Below are positions 1 through 8,741 of a DNA stretch of 64,000 nucleotides, piece by piece; the stretch's first letter is position 1; the number at the start of each line of letters is the position of its first letter. The DNA is taken from the NCBI GenBank assembly GCA_016198325.1, contig JACQIV010000015.1:1423-65422 (forward strand), in the 5' to 3' direction. This DNA is from Candidatus Curtissbacteria bacterium. GTDB taxonomy: Bacteria > Patescibacteriota > Microgenomatia > Curtissbacterales > GWA2-41-24. Under the pieces are notes generated by a model. That model was not told where the DNA came from, made no database searches, and worked only from the letters and a program-made list of their open reading frames with translations. A program made the translations under genes and the position numbers.

Positions 1-1
1 C

Positions 2-94
2 GTAGCAAGACGTGGATGGGCAACGAAGAAAGACATAATCAACACATTACCTTGGCTTGAATTTAAAAAATTGTTTTCCCATAACAATCAATAA
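2..94 (+). CDS. polX: 3' end of DNA polymerase X / PHP-domain protein (partial)
   Basis: Frame from nt 2 reads VARRGWATKKDIINTLPWLEFKK...*, matching the ARRGW..INT C-terminus of PolX-PHP proteins. Confidence 0.7.
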   Translation, partial: VARRGWATKKDIINTLPWLEFKKLFSHNNQ

Positions 95-146
95 TTACGG
101 TAAAAAAGATATAAAAAAATTATAGACAGTTGTGAGGGTTTAGGGT

Positions 147-716
147 ATGATTAGCAATAGTTTTATGAGTCCAACAATAATAATTGTAGTTCTTATCATC
201 ACTTTTTTCCTTTATCTTTGGTTTCTCTACAACGGATTGGTGACTGCAAAAGTTCGCATCAGAGAGGCGTGGTCGCAGATTGAAGTTCAATTAAAAAGAA
301 GGTCATCCCTTATTCCAAACCTGATAGAAACTGTTAAGGGTTATACAAGACACGAAAGAGCTGTGTTCGAGAACGTAACTAAGGCAAGGAGTGCTTTAGT
401 CTCTGCCAAAAACCCTAAGCAAGCCGCAACTGCAGATAATGTTTTAACGGGTGCTCTCAAAACACTTTTCGCGATAGCAGAAGCTTACCCCAACCTTCGT
501 GCGTCGGAAAATTTTAAACAATTGCAGGAAGAGCTTTCCGATACCGAGACAAAGATCGCTGCATCCCGCCAGTTTTATAACGCAAACGTTATGGATTACA
601 ACACCAAAATAAAAGTTTTCCCGAATGTATTTCTCGCCAGACTTTTAAATTTTTCCGAAGAAGAATTTTTTGAAGCGGAAGAAGAATCAAAAAAAGATAT
701 TAAAGTGAAGTTTTAA
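147..716 (+). CDS. lemA: LemA family protein (ATG at 165 is an alternative start)
   Basis: N-terminal TM; AWSQIEVQLKRR, LIPNL, EAYPNLRA, RQFYN and FPN motifs. Confidence 0.95.
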   Translation: MISNSFMSPTIIIVVLIITFFLYLWFLYNGLVTAKVRIREAWSQIEVQLKRRSSLIPNLIETVKGYTRHERAVFENVTKARSALVSAKNPKQAATADNVLTGALKTLFAIAEAYPNLRASENFKQLQEELSDTETKIAASRQFYNANVMDYNTKIKVFPNVFLARLLNFSEEEFFEAEEESKKDIKVKF

Positions 717-720
717 CTTC

Positions 721-1626
721 ATGAATTCTCCTAAGCTTTTCTCGGGTTCGTCAAATCAAGATTTGGCAAAATTGGTGTCCATTAAATCCGGTATTCCTCT
801 TGGCAGGATAGAAATCGGGAGATTTTCCGATAGTGAAATTGACGTTTGGGTCAAAGACGACGTTAACAATTCAAACGTTTTTATACTTCAATCAAATTCC
901 AAACCTGTTAATGACCACATTATAGAACTTGCCTTAATCGCTGATGCCCTCAGGAGAAGCGGTGCTCATAAAATTACTGCCATTATTCCGTATTTTGGTT
1001 ACAGCAGAAAGGAAAAACAATCCAGGGCCGGTGAGCCAATTTCAGCCAAAGTTGTTGCGGACCTGATTGTCGCAACGGGAATTAATAAAGTAGTTTGTCT
1101 GGATCTGCATGCAGATGCAATTGTGGGGTTCTTTAATGTACCAGTTATTTATTTAACAGCACTTGATGAACTCTCAAAAAGGATAAAAAAGGATAAACCG
1201 CAAAAACCCATCGTTGTTTCACCCGACACGGGTGGAGTGAAAAGGGCAAGAAATTTTGCAAGTCTCCTAAACGCTCCCCTTGCCGTTATGGAAAAACACC
1301 GGCAAATTGATAAACGTGACAAGATCGAGGTGCTTTCTATGACGGGTGAACTTACTGGGGATACGGCTATTCTTGTCGACGATGTAATTTCAACCGGAGG
1401 GACAATTATCGAAAATGCAAATGCCCTCAAACGAAAGGGTGTTAAAAAAATAATAGTTTGTGCAACCCATGGTGTTTTTGCATCAGGTGCAGTTAATAAT
1501 CTCGAAAGTAGCCCCGTCGATAAAATCTATGTAACAGACAGTATCGGACAAAAACAACAAAGTAAAAAAGTGGAAGTTGTATCGGTCGCCGGCCTCATTG
1601 CAGATTGCCTAAAAGAAGAAGTTTAG
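721..1626 (+). CDS. prs: Ribose-phosphate pyrophosphokinase
   Basis: FSDSE, PYFGYSRKEK, DLHADAI, VSPDTGG and VDDVISTGGT motifs. Confidence 0.95.
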   Translation: MNSPKLFSGSSNQDLAKLVSIKSGIPLGRIEIGRFSDSEIDVWVKDDVNNSNVFILQSNSKPVNDHIIELALIADALRRSGAHKITAIIPYFGYSRKEKQSRAGEPISAKVVADLIVATGINKVVCLDLHADAIVGFFNVPVIYLTALDELSKRIKKDKPQKPIVVSPDTGGVKRARNFASLLNAPLAVMEKHRQIDKRDKIEVLSMTGELTGDTAILVDDVISTGGTIIENANALKRKGVKKIIVCATHGVFASGAVNNLESSPVDKIYVTDSIGQKQQSKKVEVVSVAGLIADCLKEEV

Positions 1627-2414
1627 TGGATTCGGTAACAAAAATTCATAAACAAATCAAGAAAAATAATTCTCTCGTATGCGTCGGTCTGGACCCGGAC
1701 ATTTCAAAAATTCCCCTAAGGTTTAAAAAATACAAATTCCCAATTTTCGAATTTAATAAGTCAATAATAGACGCAACAAACGATCATGTAGCTGTCTATA
1801 AGCCAAATATTGCATTCTATGAAGCGGAAGGTATTGAAGGCCTGAAGCAACTAAAAATGACAATCACCTACTTAAATAAAAACTATCCACAGATACCTGT
1901 TGTTCTTGACGCAAAACGAGCGGATGTTCCAAACACCGCTACATATTACGCAAAAGCAATATTTGATTATTGGAATGCCGATGCCACAACCCTTTATCCG
2001 TATCTTGGAATAGACTCAATTATTCCTTATCTTGAATACAAAAACCGCCTGGTTTTTCTTCTTTTGAAAACATCAAACCCCGACAGCAGTATGTTCCAGG
2101 ACTTAAAGATAGCAGGAAAACCTTTCTATCTGCACATTGCCAAAAAGTTAAAAAATATAAAACAGGCCTTTGGCCTGTTCGTTGGAGCAACTTACCCGAA
2201 AGAGTTAGAAGAGGTCAGGTCTGTCTACCCGGCCAAACTTATATTGTCTGCAGGTATCGGTGCACAAGGCGGTGAAATAAAAAAAGCAGTTGTATCAGGA
2301 GTCGACAACAAACACGGAGGTATTCTTTTTAATTCATCTAGAAGTATAATCTATGCCCAGGATCCCCAAAAAGCTGCCCAGAATTTAAAGGATGAAATCA
2401 ATAGATATAGATAA
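1626..2414 (+). CDS. pyrF: Orotidine-5'-phosphate decarboxylase (subfamily 2)
   Basis: CVGLDP, YKPNIAFYE, DAKRAD, VGAT, NSSRSIIYA; GTG start at 1626 overlaps the prs stop. Confidence 0.93.
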   Translation: MDSVTKIHKQIKKNNSLVCVGLDPDISKIPLRFKKYKFPIFEFNKSIIDATNDHVAVYKPNIAFYEAEGIEGLKQLKMTITYLNKNYPQIPVVLDAKRADVPNTATYYAKAIFDYWNADATTLYPYLGIDSIIPYLEYKNRLVFLLLKTSNPDSSMFQDLKIAGKPFYLHIAKKLKNIKQAFGLFVGATYPKELEEVRSVYPAKLILSAGIGAQGGEIKKAVVSGVDNKHGGILFNSSRSIIYAQDPQKAAQNLKDEINRYR

Positions 2415-3051
2415 AACAGCAGAAAAAGTTGCATCAACCCTTTACGACATAAGTGCAATTATTTTCCGCCCGCACCAGCCATTCAAATATGATTCGGGAA
2501 TACTAAGCCCGGTCTATACGGACAATAGGCTTATCATCTCTCATCCAAAAGAAAGAAAACTCGTCACGAAATTTTTGGTTCAAAGAATTAAAGAAATTGG
2601 CATTCCGGACGTAGTTGCCGGTACTGCGACCGCCGGAATAGCCCACGCAGCATTTATTGCAGCAGAGTTAAACATCCCAATGGTATATGTCAGATCCCAA
2701 CCGAAAGACCATGGTAAGGGTAACCAGGTTGAAGGATTAATTAAAAGGGGACAGAGGGCAATTATTATTGAAGATCTTATTTCTACTGCCGGTTCTTCCG
2801 TCAAAGTTGCGAAAGCTTTAAGAAAGCTTGGTGCAAAAGTTACTGATGAGGTTGCGATTTTTACTTATCGCCTCAAAGCATCCGAAGACAACTTCAAGAA
2901 AGCAAGGATTAAGCTTACTTGCCTAACCGATCTGAAGCATTCGGTCGAAACGGCGGTGAAAAAAAGATTTCTTAGGGAAGATCAGGTGCAAATAATACTC
3001 GATTGGGCAAAAGATCCTCAAAACTGGGGAAAGAAAATGGGGTTTGAATGA
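2392..3051 (+). CDS. pyrE: Orotate phosphoribosyltransferase
   Basis: SGILSPVYTDNR, GTATAGI, KDHGKGNQVEG, IEDLISTAGS. Confidence 0.95.
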   Translation: MKSIDIDKTAEKVASTLYDISAIIFRPHQPFKYDSGILSPVYTDNRLIISHPKERKLVTKFLVQRIKEIGIPDVVAGTATAGIAHAAFIAAELNIPMVYVRSQPKDHGKGNQVEGLIKRGQRAIIIEDLISTAGSSVKVAKALRKLGAKVTDEVAIFTYRLKASEDNFKKARIKLTCLTDLKHSVETAVKKRFLREDQVQIILDWAKDPQNWGKKMGFE

Positions 3052-3989
3052 TTGATATTTCTACAAAGATAACAGGCATAAAGCTCGATACATGTGTATT
3101 TAATACCGCAGGCCCAGCAGATGTCACCCTTGAGGAACTTGAAGTAATAGCCAAATCCGGATCATCGGCGATAACGATGAAATCCTGCACGTTGGAGCCA
3201 AGAAATGGCAACCCGGAACCAAGATACGCAGACCTCGAATACGGTTCAATCAATTCAATGGGCTTACCGAATCTTGGTTACAAAGCATACATAAAATTTT
3301 CCAAAATATTAAAAAAGAAATATCCCAAAAAACCGATAGTTGCCAGTATTTCCGGCCTCACCCTTGAAGATAACGTCGTCATCTTTAAAGCATTCAACGA
3401 TACACCAGTTGATATTATCGAGTTTAATCCCGGCTCACCAAACACAATCGGAAAACCAATCGTAGGTTACGATCCGCAAGATTTGGATAGACTACTGGAT
3501 GCGGTCTCAAAAGTAACAAAAAAACCGTACGGCGTTAAGCTCCCGCCGTACTTTGACCTCGTCCATTACGAACAAATCGCAAATGTAATTAAAAGGTATC
3601 CTGTAAAATTCATAACATGCGTCAATTCCATTGGGAACGGCTTGGTTATCAATCCTTACACGGAAAAACCCTTCATAAAGCCAAAAGGAGGCCTGGGTGG
3701 AATAGGCGGTAAATATATCAAATTTGCAGCCCTTGCCAACGTCAAAGTTTTTTCGGACATATTTAAAGGAAAAATTCAGGTGATAGGAGTCGGAGGAATT
3801 TATTCGGGAATTGACGCATTTGAATTTATTTTAGCGGGAGCTTTTGCTGTTCAAATAGGGACTGCATTTTTACAAAAAGGGCCGGGAATATTTAAAAAAG
3901 TTCAGGAAGAACTCAAAGATTTTATGGCATTAAAAGGTTACAAAAAATTATCGGATTTTCGTGGTAAACTAAAAACTCTGGATAAATAA
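3048..3989 (+). CDS. pyrD: Dihydroorotate dehydrogenase, class 1A-like
   Basis: SINSMGLPNLG, GVKLPPYFD, CVNSIGNGL, GGIGG, GVGG; the catalytic loop reads NPGSPN. Confidence 0.9.
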   Translation: MIDISTKITGIKLDTCVFNTAGPADVTLEELEVIAKSGSSAITMKSCTLEPRNGNPEPRYADLEYGSINSMGLPNLGYKAYIKFSKILKKKYPKKPIVASISGLTLEDNVVIFKAFNDTPVDIIEFNPGSPNTIGKPIVGYDPQDLDRLLDAVSKVTKKPYGVKLPPYFDLVHYEQIANVIKRYPVKFITCVNSIGNGLVINPYTEKPFIKPKGGLGGIGGKYIKFAALANVKVFSDIFKGKIQVIGVGGIYSGIDAFEFILAGAFAVQIGTAFLQKGPGIFKKVQEELKDFMALKGYKKLSDFRGKLKTLDK

Positions 3990-3990
3990 A

Positions 3991-4578
3991 GTGGAGAGAA
4001 GATATCAGACGATCCCAAGAATAGAAGCGGAAACCACAATTAAAAATGGCGTGGTTGTTGTTGAAGGGAAAGAAGATGGGGAATATTTTCATTTGGCGAT
4101 CGGGGCCACCAGCGACATTTCAAAACTCGAAGATCTTGCAAGAAACATCGATTCGTTGAACGGCCAATTTCCCATGACGTACAGGGAAGCCCATGATGTG
4201 CATGCTTTAATTAGCGCCTCCCCAAATATTCAAATATTCACAACACCTCAACTTTCGCCAGCTTCCGGTGAAACGTCTCAATCAAGATACTGGGGTTGGA
4301 CAAAACAAAATAGGTTACTTATCCAGATAAACGGACGTAGAATAAGAAGCTCCTTTCATGGGCATAATGATATTGAAATAAACCACCAGGTTTTTGGCGA
4401 AACAATTCTTTCCTTGTCACATACCGGGAAAGAAGTAGATGTTCAAGAATACAAAATGTTTGACCAGGAGGCAAAAATATTGGAAGCTGGTACCTTCCAT
4501 CAAGTCAGAACGGAAAAACACCCGTCGCTTAATATACTTCTTTGTTATTTCGACAAACATATCCGTCCCCGAGAGTAG
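3991..4578 (+). CDS. Hypothetical protein with C-terminal cupin-like metal-binding motif
   Basis: HGH-x3-E-x6-G (FHGHNDIEINHQVFG) and G-x2-H (AGTFHQV) match the two cupin motifs; GTG start 1 nt after the pyrD stop. Confidence 0.6.
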   Translation: MERRYQTIPRIEAETTIKNGVVVVEGKEDGEYFHLAIGATSDISKLEDLARNIDSLNGQFPMTYREAHDVHALISASPNIQIFTTPQLSPASGETSQSRYWGWTKQNRLLIQINGRRIRSSFHGHNDIEINHQVFGETILSLSHTGKEVDVQEYKMFDQEAKILEAGTFHQVRTEKHPSLNILLCYFDKHIRPRE

Positions 4579-4622
4579 AACATTATCCTCAAAGTCTAGG
4601 AATTGATATAATTCAACGTATC

Positions 4623-5540
4623 ATGACAGCCTACACGCAAGCTTCCGCCAACCGTTTTAAAACCTGGCTTATTATGTTTTTCTTCGCAATTTTTATTACT
4701 GCAATCGCCTTCGTTTTTACCCAGGCGCTGGGCTACCGGGGTCCTTCTGCCCTTGGCTTTACAGGGATTGCTCTCATAGTAGCAGGAATAATGAATTTTA
4801 TTTCCTACTACTATAGCGACAAAATGGTTATGGCAATTTCCGGAGCAAAACAAATACAGAAAAAGGACAACCCTGAAGTCTTTCGTATAATCGAAAACCT
4901 CACAATTGCATCGGGGCTTCCAATGCCTAAAGTCTACATAATTGATGACACTGCACCTAACGCCTTTGCAACAGGCCGTGACCCCAAGCACGCGGCGATT
5001 GCTTTTACGACAGGAATTCTGTCTAAACTTTCCCGGCAGGAACTCGAGGGAGTCGCAGCCCACGAAATTTCCCATGTTGGTAACTTTGATACTAGACTAA
5101 TGACAATCGTTTCGATTCTTGTTGGCACGGTTGCACTCCTTGCCGATTGGTTCATTAGGATTAATTGGTGGGGTGGTGGGCGCGACCGGGACGAGGACAG
5201 GGGACAGCTAGGCGCAATTATGGCAATTGTCGGAATCATTCTGGCTCTTTTGGCGCCGATTATTGCAACGCTAATTCAACTTTCAATTTCCAGGAAAAGA
5301 GAGTTTTTAGCCGACGCTTCAGGGTCATTAATTACAAGAAACCCCGACGCGCTCGCCGATGCTCTTATTAAAATCTCAAAAGACAAGGAACCCCTTGAAG
5401 TAGCTAATAAGGCAACTGCCCATCTTTATATCGTGAACCCTTTTAAAGACAGGCATGCAATAACCGGGTGGTTTGCAGGTCTGTTTAATACTCACCCTCC
5501 AATTGAAGAGCGAGTGAAAACCTTGAGGGAAATGCAGTAG
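4623..5540 (+). CDS. htpX: Zinc metalloprotease HtpX (M48)
   Basis: PNAFATG, HEISH, SRKREFLAD, THPP; ATG 4623 preferred. Confidence 0.95.
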   Translation: MTAYTQASANRFKTWLIMFFFAIFITAIAFVFTQALGYRGPSALGFTGIALIVAGIMNFISYYYSDKMVMAISGAKQIQKKDNPEVFRIIENLTIASGLPMPKVYIIDDTAPNAFATGRDPKHAAIAFTTGILSKLSRQELEGVAAHEISHVGNFDTRLMTIVSILVGTVALLADWFIRINWWGGGRDRDEDRGQLGAIMAIVGIILALLAPIIATLIQLSISRKREFLADASGSLITRNPDALADALIKISKDKEPLEVANKATAHLYIVNPFKDRHAITGWFAGLFNTHPPIEERVKTLREMQ

Positions 5541-5542
5541 AT

Positions 5543-5833
5543 ATGTCAAAAGTCAAAATTGATATCAATCACGTCTCAAAACTTGCAAACTTGAACTTAA
5601 CTAAAGAAGAAAAAGAAAAATTCGAGAAACAACTTTCTAGTGTCCTTACGTATATCTCTCAACTGAATGAAATTGAAACCGAAGGTGTAGAGCCCATCGG
5701 TCATATCACCGGAATGGTTAATGTACTAAGAGAAGATGAACCGAGACCGTCACTATCGCAGGAAGATTCACTCCTCAATGCATCAAAAAAACAAAACGGA
5801 TTCTTCCAGGTAGATTCCATTTTTGAAGAATGA
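5543..5833 (+). CDS. gatC: Asp/Glu-tRNA amidotransferase subunit C
   Basis: HVSKLANL..., NVLRED; immediately precedes gatA. Confidence 0.93.
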   Translation: MSKVKIDINHVSKLANLNLTKEEKEKFEKQLSSVLTYISQLNEIETEGVEPIGHITGMVNVLREDEPRPSLSQEDSLLNASKKQNGFFQVDSIFEE

Positions 5834-7242
5834 AAAAACTAAAAGGCTTGACTATAAAAGAAGCAAGTAAGCTCCTTGAGGCAAAGGAGATTTCAGCAAA
5901 AGAACTCGTCGCGGATTATATTAGCCGTGCAAAAAAACTCAATAAAAACTTAAATTCATTCCTAACCTTTGCTGAAAATGAAGCAATTGATCAAGCAGAG
6001 AGAATTGATAAATTAAGAAGAGACAATCAAAAACTAAGTCCGTTGGCTGGGATTCCATTTGCTGCCAAAGATATATTTTCTACAAAAGGAATTAAAACAA
6101 CTGCCGGGTCAAAAGTCCTGGAAAGCTACATTCCTGTCTACGACGCAACAGTAGTTGGCAAACTGTTTGAAGCAGGAGCATGCATTGTTGGTAAAACGAA
6201 CCAGGACGCATGGGCTCACGGTTCGAGTGGTGAGAATTCCGATTTTAGACCCACTAAAAATCCGTATGACACTTCAAGGGTTCCGGGAGGTTCATCCTCT
6301 GGTTCAGCAGTAGCCACCGCAGCTGACCAGGTAATATTTGCAACCGGAACAGACACCGGTGGATCAATACGCCTGCCGGCAGCATTTTGTAATGTTGTTG
6401 GTCTCAAACCTACTTACGGAAGAGTTTCAAGGTACGGAATAATTGCGATGGCATCGTCACTTGACAGCATTGGTCATTTTACAAAAACCGTTTTTGATAA
6501 CGCGCTTGTTTTGAATACAACCGCAGGCTTGGACGAAATGGACGCGACGACTTCACCTCTTAAAATAGACAACTACACGGACGAAATTAGAAAAAGCCCG
6601 TCTGGACTAAAAGTGGGTCTACCGAAAGAATATTTTGAAGGATTAAATAAAGAAATCAAACAAAATATAACGAAAGCATTAAACGTTCTGGAAAGACAAG
6701 GAGTAATTATTGAAAATGTTTCACTTCCACACACAAAATACGGTGTGGCAACATATTACATAATTCAGCCGTCCGAGGTTTCATCTAATTTGGCTCGTTA
6801 TGACGGGATTCGGTTTGGATATGATAGAGATAATTTTGGGGCTGAAGCAAAAAGAAGAATAATACTTGGGACATACACTCTTTCTTCCGGCTATTACGAC
6901 GCCTATTACTTAAAAGCTATGAAAATACGGCGACTTATCCGACAGGATTTCATAAAAGCATTTAAAAAGGTTGATGTAATTATTACTCCGACTTCTGCGA
7001 GTTTACCGTTTAAATTCGAAGAAAAAACAGACGATCCTTTAACGATGTATCTTTCCGACATTTACACCACAAATATCAATCTTGCAGGAATCCCAAGTCT
7101 TAATGTCCCATGCGGATTTATTGATAATTTGCCTACTGGAATGCAAATAATTGGTCCGGATTTTTCCGAAAAACTGCTTTACCGGGTTGGTCATTCTTAT
7201 GAACAGGAATCAAGATGGTTCGAGAGGAGACCGAATTTGTGA
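5830..7242 (+). CDS. gatA: Asp/Glu-tRNA amidotransferase subunit A
   Basis: Amidase signature PGGSSSGSA, GTDTGGSIR, SSNLARYDG. Confidence 0.97.
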   Translation: MKKLKGLTIKEASKLLEAKEISAKELVADYISRAKKLNKNLNSFLTFAENEAIDQAERIDKLRRDNQKLSPLAGIPFAAKDIFSTKGIKTTAGSKVLESYIPVYDATVVGKLFEAGACIVGKTNQDAWAHGSSGENSDFRPTKNPYDTSRVPGGSSSGSAVATAADQVIFATGTDTGGSIRLPAAFCNVVGLKPTYGRVSRYGIIAMASSLDSIGHFTKTVFDNALVLNTTAGLDEMDATTSPLKIDNYTDEIRKSPSGLKVGLPKEYFEGLNKEIKQNITKALNVLERQGVIIENVSLPHTKYGVATYYIIQPSEVSSNLARYDGIRFGYDRDNFGAEAKRRIILGTYTLSSGYYDAYYLKAMKIRRLIRQDFIKAFKKVDVIITPTSASLPFKFEEKTDDPLTMYLSDIYTTNINLAGIPSLNVPCGFIDNLPTGMQIIGPDFSEKLLYRVGHSYEQESRWFERRPNL

Positions 7243-8705
7243 ACTGGGAAGCAGTAATTGGATTAGAAGTGCATATTGAACTTTCGACAAAGTCGAAAAT
7301 GTTTTGCGGATGTTCCACAGACTATTTTACTGCAAAGCCAAACACTCACACTTGCCCTGTTTGTCTTGGTTTACCGGGGGCTATGCCTAAAGCCAACAAA
7401 TTGGCCATTAAATATACTCAACTTATTGGACTGGCACTTAACTGTAAAACCAGAACGGGTAGTAAATTTGATCGCAAGAACTATTTTTACCCGGATTTAG
7501 CAAAAGGATTTCAAATCTCTCAATACGACCTACCGTTTTCCGAAAACGGCCATATGTTTATAACTACCAACGGCAGAACAAAAAAAATTGGAATCACGCG
7601 GGCACATTTAGAAGAAGACACCGGCAAACTAATCCATACAAAATTAAATGGAACGAGATTAACATTAGTTGATTTTAACCGAAGCGGCGTCCCTCTAATA
7701 GAAATCGTAACTGAACCGGATATCTCGTCGAGTCTTGAAGCAAAAACGTACGCACGGAATCTGCAGCAAGTTGTCAGGTATTTAAAAGTATCGGATGCAG
7801 ACATGGAAAAGGGAAGTATGAGAATCGAACCAAATGTTTCATTAAGAAAAGTGACAAAGGGTCAAGAATCAATGGTCAAGGAATTACCGCCCTACAAGGT
7901 TGAACTTAAAAACATAAATTCATTTAAATTTGCAGAAAAAGCAATTGAGTATGAAATAAAAAGACAAAGGAAAATTTTAGAATCTGGCAAAATGCCAAAA
8001 CAGGAAACTAGAGGGTGGAACGAAACAAAACAGGAAACTGTAAGTCAAAGAAGTAAAGAAGAGGCACACGATTACCGATATTTTCCAGAACCGGACTTGC
8101 CCCCCTTCGCATTTGAAGAAAAATATTTCAAATCAATCTCAGAAGAAATTCCCGAACTTCCCGACGAAAAAAGAAAAAGGTTCACAAAAGACTACTCGTT
8201 AGCGGAAAACGACGCAAGGACACTTACCGAAGGCGTTGAACTTGCCAAGTTTTTCGAGGAAGCAGCAGGAGCTTACAAAAAAGATCCGAAAATCGTCGCA
8301 AACTGGATCACGGGTGAGGTCCTAAGGAGATTAAACGAAGAAAATAAAACTATTTCGGATTCTCCACTACTCCCCGCCTCCCTCGCAGAACTTTTATTTT
8401 TGATTGATAAAGGGGAAATTACTAAAGCAAATGGAAAAGAAATACTGGCAAACATGATAAAAACCGGGGATGATCCAAGAGCAACCGTAATTAAATTAAA
8501 AGTAACGGGAATTTCCGATATAAAGCTGGAAGAAATAGTAATTCAGACAATCTCCAGAAATCCAAAAGCTATTGAAGATTACAAAAAAGGGAAAGAAGCT
8601 AGTTTAATGTTTTTGATTGGTCAAGTTCAAAGAATTACGAAGGGCCAGGCAAAGCCGGAAAAAGTCAGAGAATTTGTCCTTAGAAAACTCTCGGAAGCTG
8701 ATTGA
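7239..8705 (+). CDS. gatB: Asp/Glu-tRNA amidotransferase subunit B
   Basis: VIGLEVHIEL, RKNYFYPDL, HLEEDTGK, DYRYFPEPD; GTGA overlap with gatA and GAGGAG upstream. Confidence 0.97.
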   Translation: MNWEAVIGLEVHIELSTKSKMFCGCSTDYFTAKPNTHTCPVCLGLPGAMPKANKLAIKYTQLIGLALNCKTRTGSKFDRKNYFYPDLAKGFQISQYDLPFSENGHMFITTNGRTKKIGITRAHLEEDTGKLIHTKLNGTRLTLVDFNRSGVPLIEIVTEPDISSSLEAKTYARNLQQVVRYLKVSDADMEKGSMRIEPNVSLRKVTKGQESMVKELPPYKVELKNINSFKFAEKAIEYEIKRQRKILESGKMPKQETRGWNETKQETVSQRSKEEAHDYRYFPEPDLPPFAFEEKYFKSISEEIPELPDEKRKRFTKDYSLAENDARTLTEGVELAKFFEEAAGAYKKDPKIVANWITGEVLRRLNEENKTISDSPLLPASLAELLFLIDKGEITKANGKEILANMIKTGDDPRATVIKLKVTGISDIKLEEIVIQTISRNPKAIEDYKKGKEASLMFLIGQVQRITKGQAKPEKVREFVLRKLSEAD

Positions 8706-8741
8706 AAATCCCCAGGTTTAAAGCTAAACTGTAATCCGGCT

